From the human T2T-CHM13v2.0 reference genome, Homo sapiens, in assembly GCF_009914755.1 (NCBI RefSeq), contig NC_060925.1: 64,000 bases of DNA, one strand, 5' to 3'. The translations under genes and the position numbers were made by a program. Of the stretch, positions 30,459 through 43,700 are shown piece by piece; the first letter of the stretch is position 1, and each line of letters starts with the position of its first letter. The notes under the pieces are model-generated. The model was given only the letters and a program-made list of their open reading frames with translations. It was not told where the DNA came from and did not search any database.

Positions 30459-31020
30459 CCTTCAGCTTCAGCACCATGATACCACCCATGAAGCAGCTAC
30501 TTACGGTTCCATGAGGCCTTACAGAGAAAGTCCTTTATTAGCAAGGGCAAGAAGGACTGAGAGCTTTCACAGTTATAGGGACTTCCAGACTATTAATTTG
30601 AACAGAAATGTAGAAAGAGCTGTCCCTGAAAATGGTAACTTGGGTCCAATACAAGCTGAAGTGAAAGGGGCAACAGGGGAATGTAATATATCTGAGAGAA
30701 AGTCTCCTGGAGTAGAAATAAAAAGTTTGAGAGAATTGGATAGTGGATTGGAAGTGCATAAAATAGCTGAAGGTTTTTCAGAATCCAAGAAAAGGTCATC
30801 AGAAGATGAAAATGAAAATAAAATAGAGTTTAGGAAGAAAGGAGGATTTGAAGGGGGAGGATTCCTTGGAAGAAAGAAAGTTCCCTATCTGGCATCATCA
30901 CCAAGTACTTCCGATGGAGGAACTGACTCACCTGGTACTGCGTCCCCATCTCCTACAAAGACTACTCCATCTCCTCGGCATAAAAAAAGTGATTCTTCAG
31001 GTCAGGAGTACAGCTTGTGA
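30459..31020 (+). CDS. KCTD3: KCTD3 last exon coding part: [24 protein letters not shown]...DSSGQEYSL*
   Basis: tttCAG acceptor at 30458, in frame with ORF 30511..31020; TGA stop; low-complexity S/P/T-rich tail. Confidence 0.95.
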
Positions 31021-32210
31021 AAACTCACCAAAATGAATAGTTGTTTCGTTACATTTAGATGAAAGTTAAACTTTACTGAATTTCAGTACATTAGTTTTTA
31101 CACTAAAACTTTACAAGATAAAATTGGACTTCATTTAGTATCTTTTTAACAGAATTACTTGGAATAATGAGATACAATAATCATATCTCTTTTGACATTT
31201 TGGAAATTTTTTTAATTTTACAAGTACATTTAACAGATCATTTATAAAGCAGGAGTCCATTTTAACACTTACCGACTTTTTTTGGTTTGGAAACATATTA
31301 CCACGTCTTAATAGGATGGTGCCCATATAGGTGAGCATCCCTTTAGATCATGGGAACCAGCAGACTGCATTCCTAATCTTCATTATGCCTGAGACTTGTC
31401 TTACAATGTTACCTTTAAGTGAATCACATAATTGTCTTTGGAACTTGGTCTCCCAACACTTATTGTGATTGCAAAGTGTTTACCAGATATTTGATGAGGT
31501 GCTATGTTTGTGAAAAACATATCATGTAATTCAAAAACACTATTGATATTGAATACCAGATACCACTATGTAGTAAGTCTTTTAGGATGATTTTAATTTA
31601 GTCGTGCGTCATTTTCTGATTCTCATCATTGGGAGATCTTAAATCTTAGCAAGCATTAGCAATATTAAATGCCAAAATTCCATTGAAACTTTCAAGTTGG
31701 AGCAATTGTCTGTGTTTGAAAAGATGAAATAAAAATAATAATCAAGGGCAAAGCTTTGAGTGCCCAGAAGGGAAAGCTGTACCAGTTGCTAACCTGTCTT
31801 GTTTCAGGAGCCACCATGTTTTTTTTTCAGTGTTAACAACAATCATGATAATTAAATTAAAACACTAGTTTGTTCACTTGTAGGACTGCAGTTCTGAATT
31901 TTGGGTTAAAGGTTTTGGCTGCTGTAAGAATGTGAATTTGAATGTATTTTGAATTGTAAGAGCAAAAGAACGTTTTTGTACAATTTTTTTTCATTTAATT
32001 GGAATGATCTTCAGGTTTCTACAAATAGGGTAATTGTAAATTTAAAGCATTAGCATTTATTGGTGAATAATGTATATATCCCCATTCCAAGAAATATAAG
32101 TGAGTGAAGTTGAAATAAAATCTTTAAAATTTACTATATTGCCAGTGGTTTCACAACAGTTCTCTTGTATTTATTTATCAATTAAATCAAATAAAAATGA
32201 TTATGTCAAT
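31021..32210 (+). other. KCTD3: KCTD3 3'UTR (3' end approximate)
   Basis: Repeat-free AT-rich sequence after the stop; AATAAA at 31728, 32114 and 32190, ATTAAA at 32181. Confidence 0.75.
32181..32195 (+). terminator. KCTD3: KCTD3 distal polyadenylation signals (ATTAAA and AATAAA)
   Basis: ATTAAAtcaAATAAA with U-rich upstream and U/GU-rich downstream sequence. Confidence 0.7.
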
Positions 32211-32639
32211 GCGTTTTCAGTTATTTAAGTAACAGTTCTGTTTAAAGTGTGCTATATATGTTTGTTCATTTCTTTGCTTCTTCCCATAATTTAAAAAAAA
32301 TGGGGGGAGGGAGAACTTAATATATGTGGAAAATAAGTTATTATCAATGAAAGAAAATATTAGGCAAAGCATAATTTCAAAATTACTAAGATTGTAATTA
32401 TCTTACACCCTTCTTCCTCTTTATGACAGTTATGTGAAAGTTGGGTGGGCAAGTAAGAAAATGAAAGAAAAAACTAGACTCTAGTGACCAGGAATAAAAG
32501 GCCATTAAAAAGAAGATAGTAACTATTATGTAATAGAATCGCATAAAAAGGAAACTGACTATACTAGATTGCATTACAGTACAAGTCAAATCGTTTCTTT
32601 CTTTTGCTTACAGGAGATTGAACCTTGATGCAGTGGTTT

Positions 32640-32975
32640 ATGTCTGTCTACTCTGACACTAATTTCTCAGATTGCCCCCATTATGCCTTAATTTTTTCAT
32701 TATACCTACCTCATTAGGGTCGCTGTGGTGGGAAGAAAAAAAATTGAAATGAGTCTGTGTACTTTGTGTGATTGATGATGAAAAATGAAAACAATTGTAA
32801 TTATTTTCATGGAAAGAAGTATTTTCATACCAATAGGGTAAGTAAGTAAATGTTGTTGTTATCCTCATTTCACAGATGGGATCACTGAGACCCACAGGGG
32901 TTAAATAACTAACTTAGTGACAAGGCTTATTACCTACTGAGCCAACTTCTGAACCCAAATCTTTCTATTTCAAGA
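32640..32975. mobile_element. MIR fragments in the KCTD3-USH2A intergenic gap
   Basis: atcctcatttcacagatgggatcactgagaccca. Confidence 0.65.
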
Positions 32976-33308
32976 GTCTATGGTCCTGTTCCTGGCTCTT
33001 ATGCAGGCTTATGTATCAGAAATGGCTGAGGTTAGACACATGGTTGCCCAGGCCTCACTCCCACTCCAGTCCTGCTGAATTTGAATCTCTGCTGGTTGAG
33101 ACATAATAATAGTATATTTTGGAAAAAAAAATAACAGTTTTCATTCTAATAATGTACATTGTTGGTTGAGAAATTATCCAGAACATCCTACTTACTTTCT
33201 TAAATAGGTATAGCTTTATCATCATTTATGTGTAACTCAGAGCTGTTAAGAGTATTATTTTTTAATAATAAATAGATGATTAAGCCAGAATTAGGTCACA
33301 TTCAAATA

Positions 33309-33314
33309 TTTATT
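33309..33314 (-). terminator. USH2A: USH2A distal polyadenylation signal AATAAA
   Basis: TTTATT on the + strand about 2.9 kb past the USH2A stop; A-rich on + just below it (U-rich downstream on -). Confidence 0.6.
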
Positions 33315-33769
33315 AAGCAAACCATCTTTAGATTAGTTTACATGATATTTGTGCATTGGAAACCAACTATTCATTTGTGACATAATTAAAAGTTCCTTAT
33401 TAATGAATTCTTCCACTTGGACTATGTTTTATTTACCGGTGTGTTCATGGATGCCAGCATGATTTTTACATCAGTATATGGTACCATAACATTAATATTT
33501 GGGTTCCATTTAGTGGAAATTACAGTAGATTATAAACACATTTCTTAGAGTGTATAAAAACAACTGTACTCTTACCAAACAGTTGATATTAAGAATAACA
33601 AAACATGGTAGTTCGTAAGCTGAGAATGTGGCATGTACAATTGGTAAAATGTGAGTCAGGAGATTTAAATTTAAAGAGGTTCATCAAGAACTGCTCATTG
33701 TTTATAAGGGAGAAGGGGTGAGCCAAGGAGCATAGTCCCTGTGCATAGCATATTATTCCTGTACATGAT

Positions 33770-33910
33770 TTCTTCCAGATTGTGGAACATCAGTGGGTCT
33801 CAACATTAGAACACCTGGAAGCTTTAAAAAGTACTGATGCCTCAGCCACACACCCCAGATCAACCGAATCAGAATCTCTAGAGGCGAGTCTGCATGGTTT
33901 GTATAATAGA
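33770..33910. mobile_element. MER5A DNA transposon in the USH2A 3'UTR
   Basis: cacctggaagctttaaaaagtactgatgcc...gaatcagaatctct. Confidence 0.65.
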
Positions 33911-35549
33911 GGCTTGGCACGCAATACCACTTAAAGTAGCAAAGCAACATCTTAGAGTTCTTCTCTGAAATAAATACAAGTAAACTTAGACATGTAGCAG
34001 GGGACAGAGTTCTGGGCAGAAGCCATACAGGCTTCTGTCTGCCCTAAGCTATGGAGTCAAAATGTAAATGATTCAGCTAACTGAGTTCATGTCTAATTAG
34101 ATGATTAAATGGATAATGATCCAAGATAAAATCCCCTGCAGTTCTGTATTTTTTTGTGCGTTGTTAAAATTTTATACTGTGCTTGGAAAAATACACAGTG
34201 ATAAAGATACCTGGTTAATTTTTCAAAAATCAGGATAAACTCAATCTTCTGAACCTAGCAAAGCATATTTGTAGACTATTCTTTGTGACTAGCAAACTGT
34301 ATTCTTAGAAGAGTCCACCAAGGATTAGGATGCAAGTTTGTGACCACTCCTTTCCTATATACCTTAAGTAGCTCACAGAAGGTGGACACAGCCTTGGTTA
34401 ATGCTTATTTGTGCCAGCTTTAAACAACTTTATTGTCCCAGAATCGGCATATGGGAATAAAAACCAGTAAACTAGTCAATCCTATGTTTTCATTTCAGAA
34501 AGTATAAAAACTTGGCGAGAAATATATATTTCGTATTTTCTACAGTCACTGCCAGATGTGCACAATTATTTCAGATGCTTTTGTTTATAGCAGTTCTAAT
34601 AAGGTGGTAGAACTTCTGCTTAATACTGGCCTGTGCTTTTGACACTTATGGTTGGCAAACTTTGTCTAGGAGTTGGTCAGTCTGAGGAGCTGCTCTCTCA
34701 CAGAGCTAGATGAAATCTCAATACCCAAAAAGTCCACAATCTTTTACTGTTGGGCCCTGGGGTAATACATTGTTTTCAGGCAGAATAAGTAAGACTATCC
34801 CTTACTTTACAAGTTTTTGCCTGTCTCTGGTTGTAGATTCACAAAAAGTATTGTGACTATTGTGTGTTAGACAGAGTCAATATTTTCCTGGGGTCACAAA
34901 GACCTTTAAGGATGAAGGAAGACAAGAGGTTTTCTTACTCTGTTTTCCATGAAGAACAAATTTAAATATCTGATTTTATGTGGATGATTTGCAAGAAAAT
35001 TTTTCTTGCCATAGGACTTTCACCAATGACTTTGTAATCCAACTAGAGCAGGTGACAGACATTTTTGAACCATAATTGGTACTGTTGCATATCATCTGTT
35101 CTTACTGATTCTGTGGCTAAAATAATGGCTAGTTCTCCAAAAAGAAGGGATATAGTGCAGAGTAATATATACATGATATACATATATATACACATAGGTA
35201 TAGTCTTGTCTCTACATGTATATATGTTAATGCTAGAAGGAACAGATACATTTTTCCTTTTAAAATTTCACGCAGCCTAATATTGCAAATAGAACAGTAG
35301 TTTCCATTTGAAATGTGCTAGGTTGAAGATGTCAGTATTCTCTGATATTCAGTGAATTGACAGAATTTTATGAGAAACTAGTTTCAAAACTATAAAATAT
35401 ATGAAATAAAAACATTGGTTCAAGTAGAGGTGTTCCTAGTGAAACACTTTGTTTTCTCCTCAAAATGTATAAATAAGCTGTTTACTCCTTAGATTTTTGG
35501 AAAATTCATAAATGCAAGAACAGAGACATTTATGTGTAAGTTATGTGTT

Positions 35550-35663
35550 GCCTTGTCAAAAAGTTTGGTGAGTAACCCTATGTATTGTAAATAAATAGAA
35601 CCTTCAGCCTTGTCAAAAAGTTTGGTAAGTAACCCTATGTATGGTAAATAAATAGAACCTTCA
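35550..35663. repeat. 57-bp tandem duplication in the USH2A 3'UTR
   Basis: Units 35550-35606 and 35607-35663 differ at 2 positions. Confidence 0.92.
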
Positions 35664-36180
35664 GAAAAGTTTGTCGACCTGGTGCAAAGTTTGGGATTCA
35701 TTTAGCAGCTGTGATCATTAGAATAACTATTCTTGCAGGATTGTGTCAACCCTGACAGAAATGGCAGATAGAAATGAACAGCAGTGACATCCTTTCAACA
35801 GAATCATTTTTGAGCCAGTAACTAACTTACTACTTCTAACAACTGTGAGCCATCTTGAAATTGCCACTGATTATTCAGTTAACCAGGAGCATCACTGCCA
35901 AACAGAACCAAGTGACAATTACATACTTCTTTGTCTTCTACAAAATAAGAGCAAATCAAGTATTTTCATATGAATATTCTCTCTCATTTAAGATGAGAAA
36001 AATATCATTTCTTAGACCTCTATTAGGAAGGAACACTTTCAAAAACAGTCATCATTTCTTTAAAGAATTATAGGATAATAAACAATGGCTTTTCAGCATT
36101 TATGATGTGTGAGTGATAACCCAGGAGGAAATGGGTGCAGACCTTGCATTCCAGGGTTACGTCTTCTGGGTTTCCATCCT

Positions 36181-36270
36181 TTACAGGTGGGTGTCTGTGA
36201 ATGTGGTGCGTTCCTTAGTCACTGAGCTGAAATCCTTGATGGCGTTCATCAGGTCCTCTTCATCCACATA
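36181..36270 (-). CDS. USH2A: USH2A last exon (72) coding part: YVDEEDLMNAIKDFSSVTKERTTFTDTHL*
   Basis: Manual translation of the - strand; tttttCAG acceptor; TAA stop; class I PDZ-binding motif DTHL. Confidence 0.96.
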   Translation of the reverse strand, partial: YVDEEDLMNAIKDFSSVTKERTTFTDTHL

Positions 36271-36568
36271 CTGAAAAATAAGCCAATCATCATTGGCTAC
36301 ATACTTGCTATCAATAGTATTTGCTATCAATTTATAGTTATATCAATTAAGTGTAAAAAGTAATAAGTATTAAAGGCTTTTTTATTCTCAACACCATGGT
36401 GGGGTCTAAAACAGACCTTGCCTTAAATTTCTCTTATTGAAAGGATCACATCACATGCACACATGAACTATAGACTAATTCAAAATGTATATGTGATTTG
36501 AGGGTTATATTGTGTCATATTTTAACCTAAGCCTCAGAAGCCTCAGTCTACTCATCTGTAGAGTGGGA

Positions 36569-36838
36569 TGTGTGTGTGTGTACATATATACTTGATAAAA
36601 ATAAATTAGCTGGGGGTATATATATATATTTTTAGTATATATATACACACTATATAGACACTACATATATATACTATATATTTTAGTGTATATATACACT
36701 ATATATATATATGTATGTATGTATGTATGTATATAGTATTTTTAGTAGAGATGGGGTTTCACCATGTTGGCCAGTCTGGTCTTGAACTCCTGACCTCTGG
36801 TGATCTGTATATATACATATATATACACACATATATAT
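36569..36838. repeat. (TG)n/(TA)n/(TATG)n microsatellites enclosing an Alu fragment (36735-36808)
   Basis: Seen directly. Confidence 0.85.
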
Positions 36839-37692
36839 GGATTTAGTTCAAACGGTAAATGGAAGAGGCAGAATGCTAGCTATTTGTGCTCCATTTCTTC
36901 CCACTCTTGTGCTGTATTTTGTATTTATCAAATAGGGTTAGTAATGTTGGTTATAATGTTATAATAAACAGATAACTTGCCAAGTACTGGCACCTTCAAA
37001 AGCTTGTTATTGAGTCCCTTTGCACATTGCCCATTATTAGTACCGTAAAAAGCAAGCAAAAATGACAATACAGTATAATAGTTACAAATAGGAGCTCTGT
37101 AGTCAGATGATGTTTTTAAGAACCCAAACCCATAAAAATAATTGCTAGCTGTGTAATCTCTCATTAAATCACTCATCTCTCTAAACCTCAGTTCTTTTTG
37201 TAAAAAATGAGGATGATAATAGAACCTACTTCCTACAGTTTGTGAAGATTAGATGTAATAATTCATCTGAACTTTCAATGTATTATGTTGAATGTATAGC
37301 AATTGCTGTTTTGCATGTCAAAAATGATCAGTTAGCAATTCATTGTTTCAACCAAATATAATTATCCCTGCCTTTTAAAAACTTTAGATCTGAAATGGAC
37401 TCATGTAGTTGAGGTTACAACAACATCAAACAGCCTGTGATTTTAAAATGCATATTATATATATGTATATATTATACAATCATTCTGAACAGGCCAGAAG
37501 GATGGTACATTTTTTTATATAGTGTTAGGGAACCTGGGTCCAGCGAACTCCCTTTATTATTTGCTATTAGTCAAGAAAGGCTTCATGGAAGTCATCAACT
37601 TTTCAGTGAAGGAAAAGTGAGAACTTGGAGGAGAAAGATGAGAGCAAATCCAAAAACAGAAGCAGATGATTGAAAGAAGTGGAGGTGAATAA

Positions 37693-38282
<590 letters not shown>

Positions 38283-38593
38283 TAGGAAGTTAGCACAATG
38301 AAATTTGATAGTTGGCAAAAATTCTAGGATTTTTGTTATTGTAGCCGCTCAGAGACTGATAATAAATGTTATATCACGAAGAGGTTACCTTTCAAAGAGC
38401 CAATGATTTGTACCCACTGGACTGAAATTATGAAAGATGAAGCTTATAAATAGTAACACCCTCATTTGTCATCATTTCCTAAGGTTTTGGAAAGCAACCA
38501 TGTTCACCTGTTGATACAAAATATTCTTTTTGCGTCTACCCATACACCAATAGGAAAAGGCAAAACAAAAAAAGTACCTTTTTGTTTTAGTAA

Positions 38594-38982
<389 letters not shown>

Positions 38983-39213
38983 AATAAGCATTTATTTTTA
39001 AGCATCTATTGCATACCAGAAGAACAAGACAAAGTTTCTACCCTGCTTATCAAACAACTGAAGTAACATTAGTAAACCGGTTGTTACTACCTCACTGGCT
39101 AAGTGCTCAGAGGCGAGTGCCATGGGGCAGCATTCGGTGAAGTACAGGCAGCTCTGTACCAATATTTTTTCTGGGATATTTAGCAAAGGCCCTGTATGAG
39201 GAAACCAACTCAC

Positions 39214-39435
39214 CAGTCCACTGTTGTGGCCCATGATGGCTTCCCACAGTGAGTTGTCCATCAAGACTTTCTTGTCTTGAATGTCCATGAGCTGGCTGAC
39301 GCTGCGGTGAAGAGAACCCTGGGAGTAGGTTAGGCTGGTTTGGTTTTGACTCGGGATGCGCAGGACACATGCACTCCGGTTGCTGCGGATACTCACAGGT
39401 GTCCCAGACCGGGGAATTTTGGTATCGGCTAACCC
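39214..39435 (-). CDS. USH2A: USH2A exon 71, cytoplasmic tail: GLADTKIPRSG...WEAIMGHNSGL
   Basis: cttctCAG acceptor, CTG|GTGAGT donor, 222 nt, phase 0 to 0; inside ORF 38998..39465. Confidence 0.95.
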
Positions 39436-40130
39436 CTGAGAAGGAAGTTGCTGTGAGTATTTCACATATAAAGAATATGGGCTTGAAATATGACAGAGAA
39501 TTGTGTCTCACACATTGTCAGTGAAGGGAATGACTGTCTCCTGACAATTGTCACATTGTCAATGAAGGGAACAACTGTCACCTACAGAATTTAGCAGCTA
39601 TGAGCACCCACAACACGGTGACCCTGGGTTTCTTGGTAAGAAGGATGAGATGATGAGCTAATACTCAAGTTAGGTGGCCAGTGTTTTCGGCACCTAGAGA
39701 GCTCATGCACTGGTGCTCTGGCTGTTGTTCCCTGTGGGGCAAGGGCTTGCTGCATTGCAAAGTGGTGGGGCAAGGCAGACGGATGATGGGTGAACAAGGT
39801 ATCTTCTTCATACATGTCAGCACAGAGCCTCCCTCTTGAGAACACTCCTCCCCCAGAACAGCCAAAGATAACAATATTATTTCATGGTGGTCCACTATGT
39901 GAGCTCCGTTTGTCTTTCACTTTAAAAGTCCTGGATTTGTGTAGGGAAATTGACTCCTCCCTCCCTCATTTCTCATTCCATATTCCTCCATTTCTTATAG
40001 GATTCCAGCCTCCAAATTACATCAGGTCTGATATTAACATCAGAGAGAAAAAGTCACTACATAATTTAGACCTAGAACGCGCCGTAAGATAAACTATAGT
40101 TGCTCTAAATATCTGAGGGCTCTGATTTAG

Positions 40131-40434
<304 letters not shown>

Positions 40435-40548
40435 ATTTCTTTTCTTTTTTCAGTAGAGTTTTCACTCATGTTGTTCAGCTTTCCAAGGAATGGATATATG
40501 GAAGTCATCAATGATCTGTTCCTGCTTTTCACTGTGCAGTCAACACAC

Positions 40549-40574
40549 CATGCAAAAGATCATGCATTCATGCA
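40549..40574 (-). promoter_or_regulatory. Cluster of three RBFOX elements (UGCAUG) downstream of the USH2A 72-nt cassette exon
   Basis: CATGCA on the + strand at 40549, 40561 and 40569. Confidence 0.75.
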
Positions 40575-40588
40575 GCACACAGAGGTAC

Positions 40589-40660
40589 CTCAAAGTGCAT
40601 GGTGTAACTTTTTAGGGTGACATTGCTTGACACATCAGATATATCAGCCACAGAGTCAAA
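40589..40660 (-). CDS. USH2A: USH2A alternative 72-nt cassette exon (inner-ear-type): FDSVADISDVSSNVTLKSYTMHFE
   Basis: ttgttctCAG acceptor, GAG|GTACCT donor, 24 open codons, phase 0 to 0 matching the exon 70/71 junction; peptide recalled from the mouse usherin tail. Confidence 0.88.
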
Positions 40661-40704
40661 CTGAGAACAAATGGCAGCATCAGTCCATGTTTGGAACAGT
40701 TTTA

Positions 40705-41443
<739 letters not shown>

Positions 41444-41611
41444 TCATTCCTTGGCACCTCTGCCTATTTCTCTCCATTCAGAGTATAGCCTAAAATCCTT
41501 TTGCCAGTTTGGGTCTGATGTTCAAAGGGTATCTTACCTGTTCACAAGACGGGTGCTTGGAAGAGGGTCACAGCAGCACTGAAACCAGAGCTTGTCACAT
41601 GAGGGGGAGAA

Positions 41612-41642
<31 letters not shown>

Positions 41643-42434
41643 GCAGGGGCATAGCTCATTGACCTACTCAAGTGAAAAGACAGTCAATCTGGAAAACTGA
41701 GCAGGTGAATCTGGCTTGTTCCTATTCAGATTCTTCCCCTTGACTGGATTCTTTCCCACCTGAGTAGATGAGGAGCCCACAGTCACCAACAGGGACTTCA
41801 TTTTGCTCTACTAATACAAATTGTACTCTCTTTAGTTTGGCTAATTTTTGACAATGTCTCTCATGGTCTCCAACTTTGTGAGAGCAGTTTGGTTTAAAAA
41901 TATTTGTAAAAAGCAACAGAAGAAGACTTGCAAATACACTGTCAACTGGATAGGATTAAATTATGATTCAACAGGCTCAGGGGAATTCCACCCGGTGCCC
42001 TGGTGTATCCCAGATTTCACTTCTGCTGAGACCTGCCTGCAATGAATGGCTTCCCTGCTGAGGATGAGCCAGTTCCCTGGGCCCAGAGCCCCTGGCAGCC
42101 AGCCAGTCCCTCTATGCCTTCCCATCCTCACACCTGACTCAGTCTTGGCCACTCAGTGAAAGAATCAGTTGGGTGCCACTGTGCATTTCCCCGATGGTAA
42201 AGGGTGTGCAGGAACAGGGTGTTTACATTCTTTTGTCCGCTTTTCTCAGCTGAAGCCTAAGTCTGTCCCCAGAGGCGGCTTAGCCTGTGTGGTGTCAGGA
42301 CAGCAAGGTCTAACCAGCACCCTCCCACCACCTGTTTCTACTGGTTATCAAACAGTACACTGCATACAGGTTTTGTATTATATTATTATTTCATTTTCAG
42401 CTGTTCTCAAATCTTGCTGTGCATCAGACTTCTT

Positions 42435-42611
42435 TTTTTGTTTTGTTTTGTTTTGTTTTGTTTTGTGACGGAGTCTCGCTCTGTTGTCCAGGCTGGAGTA
42501 CAGTGGCGTGATCTCGGTTCACTGCAAGCTCTGCCTCCTGGGTTCACACCATTCTCCTGCCTCAACCTCCCAAAGTGCTGGGATTACAGGTGTGAGCCAC
42601 CGAGCCTGGCC
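42435..42611 (-). mobile_element. Internally deleted AluY-like element nested in a MER5A-like transposon
   Basis: TSD CAGACTTCTT at 42425-42434 and 42612-42621. Confidence 0.85.
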
Positions 42612-43289
42612 CAGACTTCTTGAGGTTCTGGTTAAAATGGCAGATTATTGAGTTTCTCCCTCAGAACTTCAGGTCCTGCTCCTCCTATGTGATGCTGATG
42701 CAGATAGTTCATGGTCCTCACTTTGACAAAACGAAGCTTAACAAGACTCATTAAAACCCTGAGCAATGGGGTTATATCCAGAGTAACATAACATCTCCAC
42801 AAGAATGATGGGAGTGTCTTCTGGTCACTAAGTTAACCAAGTAAGGAAGACAGTATTCTTCCTCATGGAGGATTCTGACACAGAGGTGCCTGCCTATAGG
42901 GACTGGGTCAAAGGACAGGAGAAAGTATCACTGAAATGACTTCTGGACATTGCTGGTATGTGGGTACACTTTCCTGTAACCGCACCTCACATTATACAGT
43001 AGATGTGCCTAGCAGTGCTTGGGAACCTCCCTTTCACCACTCCATGCACTCCATAGACCCTAGTTTCAGTTTAGCTCATCTCCCAGGCTAAACAGATCTC
43101 TCCTGCCTTCTTTTCTCTCTTCCACTGCCTTCCTCCAGCAGCAGTGCACCTTCTAGGAACATGGGCTCCTTAAAGAAAGTTATTCTTTAACAAGGAAAAA
43201 TTTTGAAATATCTGCTCTTCAGTGAGAATCTCCTAATGACTATTCACTGAACAGGAGCAAACAGCCCATGGTTCGAAGTGATCACTCGA

Positions 43290-43700
43290 CATTCATTCAT
43301 TCAACAAACATTCGTGGAGTGCCTATGATATGCCAGGCACCGTTCTGGGTCCCGGGGCACATACAACAGGAAGAGGCCCACAAGATCATTGATCCTGGGA
43401 GCTTACCTTCTATTTCAGGAGTCAGACAAACATATCTGACTTAGTGTTATGTGGTAAATGCTATAGAAAAGAAAAGAAGTGGGTTAAGGGGCTAGGAAAT
43501 TTTACATAGAATGGGAGGTGACATTTGTGCAGAGATGTGAATGAAGCAAGAGTGTGAGCCACCCAAGGAGCAGCAGCAGTAATGGCCCTGTGGTTAGAGC
43601 TTGTCTGATGGGCTCAGGGAGGAAGGAGGCTCCGAGGAGGATGAGTGAGTAGAGGAGTGGGACAGATGTGAGTAGAGAGCCAAGGCCCTGATGGTGTTGG
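43290..43700 (-). mobile_element. L2 3' fragment
   Basis: attcattcattcaacaaacatt...tgccaggcacc. Confidence 0.75.

Larger units (their letters stand above)
33291..36180 (-). other. USH2A: USH2A 3'UTR (3' end approximate)
   Basis: Sequence between the TAA stop and the AATAAA at 33309-33314; a second AATAAA lies at 34429-34434. Confidence 0.65.

Noticed and set aside
39107-39511. 134-aa overlapping ORF on the USH2A strand
   Set aside because: Alternative frame over exon 71 with no independent start or splice support
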